A stretch of 64,000 nucleotides of DNA from Bacteroidales bacterium UBA4179 (GTDB taxonomy: Bacteria; Bacteroidota; Bacteroidia; Bacteroidales; Dysgonomonadaceae), in NCBI GenBank assembly GCA_002381125.1, contig DFUT01000009.1:25407-89406 (forward strand), read 5' to 3'. Positions 8,627 to 19,207 of this stretch are shown here, one piece after another (position 1 is the stretch's first letter; the number at the start of each line of letters is the position of its first letter). The translations under genes were made by a program, and so were the position numbers. The notes beneath the pieces were generated by a model that saw only the letters and a program-made list of their open reading frames with translations, was not told the DNA's origin and did no database searches.

Positions 8627-11368
8627 TCATTCTTCTTCCAAGGTTGCTTGTGCTGCTGCCAATCGAGCTATGGGTACACGATAGGGAGAACACGAGACAT
8701 AATCCAATCCTACTTTATGGCAGAACTTTATCGATGTAGGTTCGCCTGCATGCTCACCGCAAATACCGCATTTGAGATCGTGACGTGTTTTACGTCCGCG
8801 AGCAACTGCTATTTCAACAAGTTCTCCGACTCCGGTTTGATCGATAACGGTAAAAGGATCTTGCTTTAGAATACCTTTTTTTATGTATAGGGGCAAAAAC
8901 TTACCGGAGTCGTCGCGACTGTATCCAAAGGTCATTTGCGTAAGGTCGTTGGTTCCGAATGAGAAAAATTCGGCACTGTTGGCTATTTCATTTGCAGTGA
9001 GAGCAGCACGAGGTACTTCAATCATTGTGCCAATTTTATAATCGATTGAGTCTCCTTTTTCGGCAAATACCATTTTCGCTGTTTGTTCAATTACCGCCTT
9101 TTGAGCATCGAATTCGGTTGCAATACTGGTAAGAGGAACCATGATTTCGGGGATTACTTCAATGCCTTTTTTCTTCAGTTCCAGTGCTGCTTCGAGAATA
9201 GCTCGGGTTTGCGTTTCAGTGATTTCGGGATAAAGTATGCCTACACGACAACCACGCAGTCCCAGCATGGGATTTGCTTCGAGCATGCTGTTTACACGAG
9301 CGCGTACTTCTTCATAAGGGAGATTCATGATTTTAGCCATTTCTCGTTGACCCGATTCGTCGTGAGGAACAAATTCGTGTAAGGGAGGGTCTAATAGACG
9401 AATGGTAACCGGCAACCCGTTCATAACTTTGAAAATCTCCATAAAATCGTTTCGTTGGAGAGGCAATAGTTTAGACAAGGCTTTGCGACGGCCGGTTTCG
9501 TCTTTGGCGAGAATCATTTCGCGCATACTTTTGATTTTATCCCCTTCGAAAAACATGTGTTCCGTGCGACAAAGTCCGATACCGCAAGCGCCAAATTGGA
9601 GTCCAATTGCAGCATCGTGCGGGGTGTCGGCATTCTGGCGTACTTTCAGTCGTGCATATTTATCGGCAAGTTCCATGAGTTCGGCGAAATAACCGGTTAT
9701 TTCGGCTTCTCTTGTTGGAATTTTCCCTTCGTAAACATATCCTGTAGAACCGTCAAGCGAAATCCAGTCACCTTCTTTTAAGGTACGGTTTTTCACCGAA
9801 AGTGTTTTTGTTTTATAGTCGATAATTAGATCGTTGGCTGCCGAAACGCAACATTTACCCATTCCGCGGGCTACTACTGCTGCATGCGAAGTCATACCGC
9901 CACGTGCGGTAAGGATCCCTTCGGCAACATTCATGCCTCGAAGATCTTCCGGAGAAGTTTCTATACGGCAGAGAATTACTTTTTTGCCCTCGTTGTGCCA
10001 CCTTTCCGCATCTTCAGGATGAAAAACGATTTGTCCTGTTGCGGCTCCGGGCGATGCGGGTAACCCCGAAGTGAGAATGGTGGCTTTTTTTAGAGCTTCT
10101 TCATCGAACACGGGATGGAGCAATTCATTCAGTTTTTCGGGGTCGCAACGTTTGATTGCCGTCTTTTCATCGATATATCCCTGATGAAACATGTCGATCG
10201 CAATTCTTACCATTGCAGTGCCGGTACGTTTTCCTGCGCGGGTTTGCAGTATCCATAGTTTACCTTGTTGGATGGTAAATTCAATATCCTGCATGTCCTT
10301 GAAATATTCTTCGAGTTTTTGCTCAATCTCGAAAAGCTCATTGGCGCATTCCGGCATTGTTTCTTCAAGAGATGGATATTTCAATGCCCGCTCTTCTTCC
10401 GAAATTCCTTGTAATTTTGCCCATCGGCGGGAGCCTTCGAGTGTAATCTGTAATGGTGTACGGATGCCGGCTACGACATCTTCGCCTTGTGCATTGATCA
10501 GGTACTCGCCGGTGAAAATATCTTCTCCGGTAGCAGGATCGCGTGTAAAAGCGACGCCTGTGGCCGAAGTATTTCCCATGTTTCCGAAAACCATAGCTTG
10601 TACATTGACGGCAGTTCCCCATTCATCGGGGATATTGTTTAGCTTTCGATAAAGAACAGCCCGCTCGTTTTTCCAACTATCGAATACGGCAATAATAGCT
10701 TCCCAAAGTTGTTCCCATGGATCTTGAGGAAAATCTTTTCCGGTATTTTTTTTGACGGCTTCTTTGAATTGGGCGACTAATGTTTTCAGATCATCAACGG
10801 TTAGTTCCGTATCTTGTTTAATTCCTTTTGAAGTTTTCAATTTTTCCAGTATTTCTTCAAAGGGATCAATATCTTCTTTGTTTTGGGGTTTCATGCCCAG
10901 TACCACATCTCCATACATTTGTACAAAACGGCGGTATGAATCCCATGCAAAACGTTCGTTGTTCCATTTTTTTGCAATACCTTCAACGATATCGTCATTT
11001 ATTCCCAAATTGAGTATGGTGTCCATCATTCCCGGCATAGAAGCACGTGCGCCTGAACGTACCGATACCAAACAGGGATTTTCTTTATCGCCAAACTTGG
11101 TGTTTGTAATAGATTCAATGTGGGCTATACCTTTTTCGATTTCCGGTTTCAATAATTCGACAATGCGTTTTTTCCCTAATTTGTAATACTCGATACATAC
11201 TTCGGTGGTAATGGTGAAACCGGGTGGAACAGGAAGTCCGATCAAATTCATTTCGGCCAAATTGGCTCCCTTGCCGCCGAGCAAGTCTTTCATGTCGGCA
11301 CGACCTTCAGCAGCTCCGTTACCGAAGGTGTAAACTCTCTTTTTTGTTTGATTTTGAGTATTTTCCAT
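8627..11368 (-). CDS. ppdK: Pyruvate, phosphate dikinase
   Basis: KRVYTFGNG...GGKGANLAEM N-terminus, phospho-His loop GGMTSHAAVVARGMG, PEP-utilising TIM-barrel C-terminus. The track ORF extends to 11422; start placed at ATG 11368 (MENTQNQTKKRVYTF). Confidence 0.95.
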   Translation of the reverse strand: MENTQNQTKKRVYTFGNGAAEGRADMKDLLGGKGANLAEMNLIGLPVPPGFTITTEVCIEYYKLGKKRIVELLKPEIEKGIAHIESITNTKFGDKENPCLVSVRSGARASMPGMMDTILNLGINDDIVEGIAKKWNNERFAWDSYRRFVQMYGDVVLGMKPQNKEDIDPFEEILEKLKTSKGIKQDTELTVDDLKTLVAQFKEAVKKNTGKDFPQDPWEQLWEAIIAVFDSWKNERAVLYRKLNNIPDEWGTAVNVQAMVFGNMGNTSATGVAFTRDPATGEDIFTGEYLINAQGEDVVAGIRTPLQITLEGSRRWAKLQGISEEERALKYPSLEETMPECANELFEIEQKLEEYFKDMQDIEFTIQQGKLWILQTRAGKRTGTAMVRIAIDMFHQGYIDEKTAIKRCDPEKLNELLHPVFDEEALKKATILTSGLPASPGAATGQIVFHPEDAERWHNEGKKVILCRIETSPEDLRGMNVAEGILTARGGMTSHAAVVARGMGKCCVSAANDLIIDYKTKTLSVKNRTLKEGDWISLDGSTGYVYEGKIPTREAEITGYFAELMELADKYARLKVRQNADTPHDAAIGLQFGACGIGLCRTEHMFFEGDKIKSMREMILAKDETGRRKALSKLLPLQRNDFMEIFKVMNGLPVTIRLLDPPLHEFVPHDESGQREMAKIMNLPYEEVRARVNSMLEANPMLGLRGCRVGILYPEITETQTRAILEAALELKKKGIEVIPEIMVPLTSIATEFDAQKAVIEQTAKMVFAEKGDSIDYKIGTMIEVPRAALTANEIANSAEFFSFGTNDLTQMTFGYSRDDSGKFLPLYIKKGILKQDPFTVIDQTGVGELVEIAVARGRKTRHDLKCGICGEHAGEPTSIKFCHKVGLDYVSCSPYRVPIARLAAAQATLEEE

Positions 11369-11422
11369 ACTAATCGAATTGTTTGATGATGTTTTATTGA
11401 TAAAGAAAACACAAGTATACAA

Positions 11423-12235
11423 TTATTGCTTCTTTGATTCTTGATGTGAGAGAGGTTTATTTGTCTGTTGAAAATTGTCTTTATTTCCCAAATGTATGTT
11501 ATAAAGTTGAATTCCCTTGAATAGGTTTATTCTGTCTTGTAAATGAATGAAGCCGGACAATTGCCGTAACGTGTCGTTCGGTATGTATTTCGATGCAGTC
11601 ATCGAATAAGTTTGATTTGCGGCGATGGATTGGGTTTTGTATAGGGTTGTATCGGCATACTCAAGGATAAGCATTGAGATGAGTCGAGGTAGATTTTGTT
11701 GCGATAGTCCGATGACGTCGAAACGGAAATCGAAATTGTTTTGATTGATTTGTTTGGAAATTTCTGCCGTATCCAGTCGGAATGAAAAGCCGGTCCCTGT
11801 CCCCATGAAGTCAAAGACATATAATTGGGGAATATAAGAAGGGGATTGGGTCTTTCTTTTTATTTCTTGTTCGTGGGAATGCTGCTGTGCTATTTGTTGC
11901 TCGATGTTCTTTTGTTGGCGTAAAATGCGTGCCTTTACCGAGTCGTTGATTTTAAGGTAAATATCGATATGATCGGCATACCAAGAAAGCGATGTATCCC
12001 ATTGTGCTTCCGTAATTCCGTGTTTGCGAAAAACCTGTTGTATAAAAGCTTCTTTTTTTTCAGGTGTATCGAATGTCGCATAATCGCTTTCTATCAAGGC
12101 TTCGGCAATATAGATATCGTACAAGAGTTTTTCCATCTCTTTTTTGCTCAGCACTTCTTTTGGGCGGCTGCAAAAAGAGATGAGCATGGTCGATGCCACA
12201 AGAAAAAACACATATACAAAAACTCTATGCTTCAC
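11423..12235 (-). CDS. Lipoprotein, DUF4296-like
   Basis: Signal peptide ending ..LISFC. The N-terminal segment KKEMEKLLYDIYIAEALIE matches my recollection of DUF4296, which commonly follows lspA in Bacteroidetes. Confidence 0.6.
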   Translation of the reverse strand: MKHRVFVYVFFLVASTMLISFCSRPKEVLSKKEMEKLLYDIYIAEALIESDYATFDTPEKKEAFIQQVFRKHGITEAQWDTSLSWYADHIDIYLKINDSVKARILRQQKNIEQQIAQQHSHEQEIKRKTQSPSYIPQLYVFDFMGTGTGFSFRLDTAEISKQINQNNFDFRFDVIGLSQQNLPRLISMLILEYADTTLYKTQSIAANQTYSMTASKYIPNDTLRQLSGFIHLQDRINLFKGIQLYNIHLGNKDNFQQTNKPLSHQESKKQ

Positions 12236-12908
12236 TGTTTATTCCTTTTTCTTTGGCGAGTTTCTTTTGTGCAAGCTTTTCTCTTTCTTTTTTCGATAAA
12301 AGAGAGTATGATAATGTTTTGCGATAAAACAGTAATAGTATGATTACTCCAATTGTGATAGATGCATCGGCAATATTAAAAATAAAACGAAAAAACAATA
12401 CCTCTTTTCCTCCTACTAGCGGTATCCAATCGGGGATTGAAGTTTCGATAATGGGAAAATAAAGCATGTCTACCACTTTACCGTGCAACAGAGGCGCATA
12501 CCCTTCTCCAAAAGGAACAAATGAAGCAATGTGACCGGGATAACTGGCTTCGAAAATAGCGCCGTAAAACACACTGTCTATAATATTTCCCGAAGCACCT
12601 GCCAGGATAAGCGATATGCAAACAATAAATCCTGTTTTATAATCTTGTTTGATGAGTTTGTTCAAATAAATAATGATAGCGATAACGGCAATAATACGAA
12701 AGGCCGAAAGGAATAACTTCCCTACAGCTTCTATTCCGAAAGCCATGCCGTTATTTTCCACAAAATAAATCTTGAACCACGGGGTTATGTTGATTGAATC
12801 ATAAAGCCCCATGTGTGTCTTTACCCATATTTTTGTGAGCTGATCGATAAAGAGAACCAGAAAAACAACCAGTATGGCTATAAGGCTCTTAGGTATTTTA
12901 TTTTTCAT
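12225..12908 (-). CDS. lspA: Lipoprotein signal peptidase (signal peptidase II)
   Basis: Four-TM protein with LspA blocks (FIDQLTKIWV, NNGMAFG, GASGNIIDSVFYG, FNIADASI). Confidence 0.9.
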   Translation of the reverse strand: MKNKIPKSLIAILVVFLVLFIDQLTKIWVKTHMGLYDSINITPWFKIYFVENNGMAFGIEAVGKLFLSAFRIIAVIAIIIYLNKLIKQDYKTGFIVCISLILAGASGNIIDSVFYGAIFEASYPGHIASFVPFGEGYAPLLHGKVVDMLYFPIIETSIPDWIPLVGGKEVLFFRFIFNIADASITIGVIILLLFYRKTLSYSLLSKKEREKLAQKKLAKEKGINSEA

Positions 12909-13003
12909 ATGGAGATGATTGCCTCATATGAATCCACTTACGGAAAAGGGAAAAATTTTTCCCCTTCCGTTGCAATGGATCGATTAATATGCAAGATGTA
13001 CAT

Positions 13004-13384
13004 TTATTTATTTCTGGCTTTTTTTGCTTCTATGCTTAGTGTGGCGTGAGGTACGGCACGAAGACGTTCTTTGGGAATGAGTTTGCCTGTTTCACGGCAA
13101 ATTCCATATGTTCCGTTCTCAATACGTATGAGAGCAGCCTGAAGATTTTGGATAAATTTTAATTGACGTTGTGCTAACCTTCCGGCTTCTTCTTTTGATA
13201 ATGTGGATGCTCCTTCTTCTAAAATTTTAAATGTTGGAGAAGTGTCTGTCGTATCGTTACTGTCGGCATTCATCACCGCTGCACGCAGCATTTCGTATTC
13301 GCGTTTTGCCTGTTCCAATTTCTCGTTTATGAGGATTCGGAATTCTTCCAGTTCCTTTTTTGAATATCTTGTTTTTTCGCTCAT
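13004..13384 (-). CDS. DksA/TraR-family protein with a degenerate zinc finger
   Basis: 126 aa, coiled-coil with an acidic tip (NADSNDTTD), C-terminal DksA-like block YGICRETGKLIPKERLRAVPHATLSIEAK. Conserved ileS-dksA-like-lspA context. Confidence 0.8.
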   Translation of the reverse strand: MSEKTRYSKKELEEFRILINEKLEQAKREYEMLRAAVMNADSNDTTDTSPTFKILEEGASTLSKEEAGRLAQRQLKFIQNLQAALIRIENGTYGICRETGKLIPKERLRAVPHATLSIEAKKARNK

Positions 13385-13460
13385 CGCTTCCTCCTTTTTT
13401 CTGTTTTCCTTCTATTTTTTTTAATGATGATATTCTAACGCATTTTTCTAGAATTTTGTT

Positions 13461-13468
13461 CAAATATA
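13461..13468 (-). promoter_or_regulatory. -7 promoter box upstream of the dksA-like gene
   Basis: Reverse complement TATATTTG in the ileS/dksA-like spacer, ~77 nt upstream of ATG 13384. Confidence 0.35.
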
Positions 13469-13486
13469 CACATAAACTATCAATTT

Positions 13487-16400
13487 TCAATTGATTTTCT
13501 TGATAGTAATGGTTAATGTTTGATCGTCGATTTCTATTTTGTCTTCTAAGTTTTTAGATGATAATTGGATGTTGTTTGCCAATACTTGCGATTTGATATA
13601 TTCTGCATTTTCTCGGATTGCTTCGTCAACCATCGGATTTGCCGATATTTCAAGCGATATTCTGTCTGTAATCTCAAAATCCTTTGCTTTTCGAAGGTTT
13701 TGAATCCGATTTACCAATTCACGGGCAATTCCTTCTTTCCGTAGTTCGTCGGTAATGGAGATATCCAATCCAACGGTGATTTTGTCGGAAGTGCCTACCA
13801 GCCAGCCGGGAATGTCTTCCGAAATAATTTCAACATCATCCCGGTGTATTTCAATTTGTTGTCCATTTATATTGAAAGTCAGTACGCCGTCCTTTTCAAG
13901 TGTATTGATATCGTTTTGAGATATTTCTTGAAGAAGTGGGACGAGTTGTTTCATGATCTTACCGTAACGGGGTCCGAGCTTTTTGAAATTGGGTTTTACT
14001 CTTTTTACCAACATTGCGGTGGTAGAGTCGGCAAAATTCAGTTCTTTTACGTTTACTTCATTCAGAATAAGGGATTTTACAGCTTCGATGTTTTGCCTTT
14101 GTGTTTCGTCCACCGTAGGGATCATGATTTGGGATAAGGGTTGGCGAACTTTGATGTTTACTTTTCGACGTAAAGACAGAACAATGGACGAGGTTGCCAT
14201 TGCCAAGTACATTTGTTCTTCGAGCTTTTTATCGATATGATTTTCATCAGCTTTGGGGAAATCGGCCAAATGTACCGATTCAAAATTCTCACTTTCCGTT
14301 ACCGTTATCAGATCCAAATAGAGCTTGTCGGCATAAAACGGTGCAATGGGAGCCATGAGTTTAGCTACGGTAATCAGGCATTGATAGAGCGTTTGGTAGG
14401 CCGAAAGCTTATCGTCGGTCATTCCTCCGCCCCAGAAACGTTTGCGATTGAGGCGAACGTACCAATTGCTGAGGTTGTCGATTACGAAATCGGTAATTGC
14501 GCGTCCGGCTTTGGTAGGTTCATAAGTCTCCAAGTCTTCATCTACTTCTTTGATAAGCGTATTCAGCTCGGAAATAATCCAGCGATCGATTTCGGGACGT
14601 TTCTCGATAGGAATTGCGGGATATTGATCATAAAAATCGTCCACATTGGCATATAATGCAAAGAAGGAATAGGTATTGTAGAGTGTTCCAAAAAATTTGC
14701 GACGCGCTTCTTCCACCCCTTCAATATCGAATTTCAGATTTTCCCAAGGTGATGCATTGGTAATCATGTACCACCGTAACGAATCGGAACCGTATTCCTC
14801 GATTGTTTCAAAAGGATCTACGGCATTGCCCAATCGTTTCGACATTTTGTTCCCATTTTTGTCGAGCACCAGCCCGTTGGCAATTACATTTTTAAATGCA
14901 ACACTATCTTTTACCATTGTAGAAATGGCGTGAAGTGTAAAGAACCAACCACGCGTTTGATCGACTCCCTCGGCAATGAAATCGGCCGGATATACTTTTT
15001 GGAATTCTTCTTCCGAAATATGAGGATAGAACACCTGACCAAACGGCATTGCACCCGAATCGAACCATACGTCGATGAGATCGGTTTCGCGCTTCATGGG
15101 TTTTCCACTATCGGATACCAGAACAATATTATCCACATACGGACGATGCAGGTCTATTTTGTCGTAAGGTATTTCCCGACAATTATCCAGGTCGAGGTCT
15201 TCCCAAGGAAGTTTTTTCATCACGCCGGCATCCAATGCTTTTTGCATTTCACTAAACAACTCTTCAACCAATCCGATGCACTTTTCTTCTTTACCGTCTT
15301 CCGTGCGCCAGATAGGCAGAGGTGTTCCCCAATAACGACTGCGACTCAGATTCCAATCTTGTAGGTTTTCGAGCCATTTGCCAAAACGTCCTGTACCTGT
15401 AGAAGCCGGTTTCCAGTTGATTGTTTGGTTGAGTTCTATCATTCGCTCTTTGCAAGCTGTGGTGCGAATAAACCAGCTATCCAAGGGGTAATACAAGACG
15501 GGTTTATCGGTGCGCCAGCAGTGCGGGTAGGGGTGCACCTGTTTTTCTATACGAAATGCTTTGTTTTGCTGTTTCAGCATAACACAAAGATCGATGTCGA
15601 GGGTAGGATCGTCTTCCGAAAGTGTTTCGTGGTATTCGTTTTTTACATATCGGCCTGCGAATTCGCCATATAATTCCACATTGACATTATCTTTCACAAA
15701 ATCGGGATCAAGATCTTCCAATCTGAAATATTTTCCCGTTAAATCGACCATCGGACGAAGGTTGCCGTCTTTGTCCTTCAACATTAATCCCGGCACATTG
15801 TATTCTTTCCCCACTTTGGCATCGTCTGCGCCAAAGGTGGGGGCAATATGTACGATCCCCGTACCGTCTTCTGTGGAAACAAAATCGGCTGTAACTACCC
15901 GAAATGCATTATCGGAAGCTTTTACCCAGGGTATCAATTGTTCATAATGCATCCCTGCAAGCTCCGAACCTTTCCATGTTTTTTCCAATACCTTAAAAGG
16001 AATATTTTTATCGCCGGGTTTGTACTCTGTCAGGGATAAATTTTTGTTCTTCTCGGGGAAATAGGCCGGTATCCGATCCTTTGCAAGTACAGCGGTCATG
16101 GGTTTCCCCGTATAGGGATTGTAAGTTTGTACTGCCGCATATTCAACATTGGGGTTGACGGCCAATAATACATTGGACGGCAACGTCCACGGTGTGGTGG
16201 TCCAGGCCAAGAAAAAAGCCTCGCCGAATTGTGCCATTTCGGGGAATGGATCCGTAATCTTGAACTGGGCTGTGCAAGTCGTATCTTTTACGTCACGATA
16301 ACAGCCGGGTTGATTCAATTCATGCGTACTCAGACCGGTTCCGGCAGCGGGGGAGTAGGGTTGTATGGTATACCCTTTGTAAAGATATCCCTTGTTATAT

Positions 16401-16903
16401 AAATCTTTGAGCAAATACCAGAGAGTTTCGATGTAACGGTTATCGTACGTTATGTATGGATTTTTCATGTCTACCCAGTAACCCATTTTTCGGGTGAGGT
16501 CTTCCCATTCTTTGGTATATTTCATTACTTCCCTCTTGCAGGTAGCATTAAATTCTTCCACGGAAATTTTTTCCCCGATATCTTCTTTGGTAATACCCAA
16601 CATTTTTTCTACCCCCAATTCTACGGGCAAACCGTGGGTATCCCATCCGGCTTTTCGGTTTACAAGGAATCCTTTCATGGTTTTATAGCGGCAGAAAATA
16701 TCTTTTATGGAACGGGCCATAACGTGATGAATGCCCGGCATTCCATTTGCCGAAGGAGGACCTTCATAAAATACAAATGATGGATGTCCTTTGCGAATTT
16801 CCAGACTTTTTTGGAATATGTCTTTTTCGTCCCACGTTCTTAATATTTCCTTGTTGACCTTTGAAAGATCCAATTGATTATACTCCGAAAATTTCTTTTT
16901 CAT
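13487..16903 (-). CDS. ileS: Isoleucine--tRNA ligase
   Basis: 1138 aa. Class I HIGH-type motif (PPSANGMPGIHHV), KMSKS motif (NKMSKRLGN), CP1 editing insertion. Confidence 0.97.
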   Translation of the reverse strand: MKKKFSEYNQLDLSKVNKEILRTWDEKDIFQKSLEIRKGHPSFVFYEGPPSANGMPGIHHVMARSIKDIFCRYKTMKGFLVNRKAGWDTHGLPVELGVEKMLGITKEDIGEKISVEEFNATCKREVMKYTKEWEDLTRKMGYWVDMKNPYITYDNRYIETLWYLLKDLYNKGYLYKGYTIQPYSPAAGTGLSTHELNQPGCYRDVKDTTCTAQFKITDPFPEMAQFGEAFFLAWTTTPWTLPSNVLLAVNPNVEYAAVQTYNPYTGKPMTAVLAKDRIPAYFPEKNKNLSLTEYKPGDKNIPFKVLEKTWKGSELAGMHYEQLIPWVKASDNAFRVVTADFVSTEDGTGIVHIAPTFGADDAKVGKEYNVPGLMLKDKDGNLRPMVDLTGKYFRLEDLDPDFVKDNVNVELYGEFAGRYVKNEYHETLSEDDPTLDIDLCVMLKQQNKAFRIEKQVHPYPHCWRTDKPVLYYPLDSWFIRTTACKERMIELNQTINWKPASTGTGRFGKWLENLQDWNLSRSRYWGTPLPIWRTEDGKEEKCIGLVEELFSEMQKALDAGVMKKLPWEDLDLDNCREIPYDKIDLHRPYVDNIVLVSDSGKPMKRETDLIDVWFDSGAMPFGQVFYPHISEEEFQKVYPADFIAEGVDQTRGWFFTLHAISTMVKDSVAFKNVIANGLVLDKNGNKMSKRLGNAVDPFETIEEYGSDSLRWYMITNASPWENLKFDIEGVEEARRKFFGTLYNTYSFFALYANVDDFYDQYPAIPIEKRPEIDRWIISELNTLIKEVDEDLETYEPTKAGRAITDFVIDNLSNWYVRLNRKRFWGGGMTDDKLSAYQTLYQCLITVAKLMAPIAPFYADKLYLDLITVTESENFESVHLADFPKADENHIDKKLEEQMYLAMATSSIVLSLRRKVNIKVRQPLSQIMIPTVDETQRQNIEAVKSLILNEVNVKELNFADSTTAMLVKRVKPNFKKLGPRYGKIMKQLVPLLQEISQNDINTLEKDGVLTFNINGQQIEIHRDDVEIISEDIPGWLVGTSDKITVGLDISITDELRKEGIARELVNRIQNLRKAKDFEITDRISLEISANPMVDEAIRENAEYIKSQVLANNIQLSSKNLEDKIEIDDQTLTITIKKIN

Positions 16904-16937
16904 ATTTTAAATTGTGTCCTCTTATAAAATTAAATTG

Positions 16938-16945
16938 CAAAGGTA
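16938..16945 (-). promoter_or_regulatory. -7 promoter box for ileS
   Basis: Reverse complement TACCTTTG, 35 nt upstream of ATG 16903. Confidence 0.5.
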
Positions 16946-16998
16946 GTGATAAATTGAAAATTAGCAATCAAAAAATCTCGGTTAGTGAGAAAATTGAC

Positions 16999-17006
16999 TA
17001 ACTTTG
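16999..17006 (+). promoter_or_regulatory. -7 promoter box for the EEP-family gene
   Basis: TAACTTTG, 27 nt upstream of ATG 17033. Confidence 0.5.
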
Positions 17007-17032
17007 GATTGTTATAAAAAGCAAACAAGGAT

Positions 17033-17890
17033 ATGAAAAAAACGATGACTTCTTTATTTTGTTTTACGTTCGTTTCAATTTTGATCGCAACTTTTGCCCA
17101 AGACAAAAAAACGTGCATGTTGAATGTGGCAACATTTAATTTGCGTATGGACACGCCAAGTGATGGCGAAAATGCTTGGCCTAAAAGAAAGGAAATGGTA
17201 AAGGGATTGATTCGTTTTCACGATTTCGATATTTGTGGTACTCAAGAAGGTTTTAAGCATCAGTTGAACGATATTTTGGAGTTGGGCAATTATTCCTATG
17301 TGGGAGCAGGACGCGATGATGGGAAGGACGCCGGCGAGCATTCGGCAATTTTGTATAAAAAAGATCGTTTAGAAGTGCTTGAAAATGGCAATTTTTGGTT
17401 TTCCGAAACGCCCGATATTCCTGGTAAAGGCTGGGATGCAACGTGTTGCAACCGCATCTGCTCATGGGCAAAGTTTAAAGATAAAAAATCGGGGAAAGAG
17501 TTTTATGTTTTCAATTCGCATTTCGATCACGAAGGCCGAGTTGCCCGAAGAAATTCATCGTTATTGTTATTGAAAAGAATCCAGGAAATTGCAGGGAATA
17601 TGCCGGTATTCTGCACAGGCGATTTCAATGCAATTCCCGATGACGACCCCATTCAGATCATTTACAACGACGGCAGTCTAATGGATTCCTACCGGGTTAC
17701 ACGGCAACCTCCTTATGGAACGGAAGGCACCTTCCATTCTTTTAATGTGAATTCGCCTATGAAAGACCGAATAGACTATATTTGGGTAACAAAAAACATT
17801 ACGGTTATTAAATATGGCACGCTCAATGAACAACAATATGGGCGATTCCCTTCGGATCATTTTCCGGTAATGATCAAAGCCGTTTTTTAA
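17033..17890 (+). CDS. Secreted endonuclease/exonuclease/phosphatase (EEP) family protein
   Basis: Signal peptide. EEP blocks: VATFNLR near the N-terminus, ICGTQE, FNSHFDH, TGDFN, SDHFPV at the C-terminus. Confidence 0.8.
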   Translation: MKKTMTSLFCFTFVSILIATFAQDKKTCMLNVATFNLRMDTPSDGENAWPKRKEMVKGLIRFHDFDICGTQEGFKHQLNDILELGNYSYVGAGRDDGKDAGEHSAILYKKDRLEVLENGNFWFSETPDIPGKGWDATCCNRICSWAKFKDKKSGKEFYVFNSHFDHEGRVARRNSSLLLLKRIQEIAGNMPVFCTGDFNAIPDDDPIQIIYNDGSLMDSYRVTRQPPYGTEGTFHSFNVNSPMKDRIDYIWVTKNITVIKYGTLNEQQYGRFPSDHFPVMIKAVF

Positions 17891-17896
17891 AAAACG

Positions 17897-19093
17897 TTAT
17901 GCCAGTTTTGCCAACGCTTCTTTTATACGGTTAATTGCTTTGGCGATATTTTCCTCGGACGTCGCATACGATAATCGAATGCATGTGGGTGCACCAAATG
18001 CAGCACCACCTACGCAGGCTACATGTCCTTCTTCGAGCAAATACATGGCAAGATCGGATGCATTCTTGATGATTTTTCCATTATGTGATTTTCCGAAATA
18101 GCTGTCACATTGGGGGAAGATATAAAAAGCACCCATCGGATCGTTGACCTTCAAACCCGGAATGTTGTCGAGAAGGTTCACGATAAGATTTTTTCTTCTT
18201 TGGAAAGCTTGACGCATGGTTTCTACGCATGTCTGATCACCGGTATATGCGGCTAGAGCAGCTTTTTGCGAAATGGATGACGGCCCCGATGTATATTGTC
18301 CTTGCAAGGTATTGCAAGCCGATGCCAGCCATTTTGGAGCAGCTATCCACCCGATACGCCATCCTGTCATGGCGTAAGCCTTGGATACTCCATTTGCTAT
18401 GATTACACGTTGTCGAATGTTTTCGAATTGCGCAATGCTTTCGTGTTTCCCGATATAATTGATGTGTTCGTAAATTTCGTCTGAAATCACGAATATTTGC
18501 GGATGAACGGCCAAAACATCGGCCAACTTCTCTAGTTCTTCTTTAGTGTAAACACTTCCCGTCGGATTTGAAGGAGAACAAAGGATAAGTGCTTTTGTTT
18601 TGGGTGTAATGGCTTTTTCCAGTTGTTCGGCAGTAATTTTAAAGTTTTGTTCGATGTCGGCTGCTATAAAAACCGATTTTCCTTCGGCCAGTTTAACCAT
18701 TTCGGGATAACTTACCCAATAAGGTGCGGGAATAATCACTTCATCGCCTTTGTTTATCAATGTCAGTATTACATTGCAAATGGATTGTTTTGCCCCGTTG
18801 GAACAGACAATCTGATCGGGTGTAAAATCAAGATTATTTTCTCTTTCCAGTTTTTCGCATATGGCTTTTCGCAAATCAAGGTAGCCGGGAACAGGTGAAT
18901 AGAAAGTGAAATTATCGTCTATGGCTTTTTTTGCAGCTTCTTTTATGTGATCGGGAGTATTGAAATCGGGCTCGCCGACGCTTAAATTGATTACGTCAAT
19001 ACCCTGTGCTTTCAGTTCATTGCTTTTTTGCGACATGGCAAATGTTTCCGAGGGTGAAAGCGTTGTTATTCGGATAGATAGGGGAGTGTTCAT
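17897..19093 (-). CDS. Class I/II PLP-dependent aminotransferase (aspartate aminotransferase-like)
   Basis: 398 aa. LSVGEPDF, PSNPTG, and the PLP-lysine block GVSKAYAMTGWRIGW. Confidence 0.9.
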   Translation of the reverse strand: MNTPLSIRITTLSPSETFAMSQKSNELKAQGIDVINLSVGEPDFNTPDHIKEAAKKAIDDNFTFYSPVPGYLDLRKAICEKLERENNLDFTPDQIVCSNGAKQSICNVILTLINKGDEVIIPAPYWVSYPEMVKLAEGKSVFIAADIEQNFKITAEQLEKAITPKTKALILCSPSNPTGSVYTKEELEKLADVLAVHPQIFVISDEIYEHINYIGKHESIAQFENIRQRVIIANGVSKAYAMTGWRIGWIAAPKWLASACNTLQGQYTSGPSSISQKAALAAYTGDQTCVETMRQAFQRRKNLIVNLLDNIPGLKVNDPMGAFYIFPQCDSYFGKSHNGKIIKNASDLAMYLLEEGHVACVGGAAFGAPTCIRLSYATSEENIAKAINRIKEALAKLA

Positions 19094-19128
19094 AAATTAT
19101 ATTTTTACTTTTTGAACAAAAATCTGCG

Positions 19129-19136
19129 CAAATATA
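19129..19136 (-). promoter_or_regulatory. -7 promoter box for the aminotransferase gene
   Basis: Reverse complement TATATTTG, 36 nt upstream of ATG 19093. Confidence 0.45.
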
Positions 19137-19207
19137 ATGAAAATTCATTTTCTACGTGATTGTTTATGGATTTTTGTAAGGAAAAATGATTTATGGGTTG
19201 CAATAAA

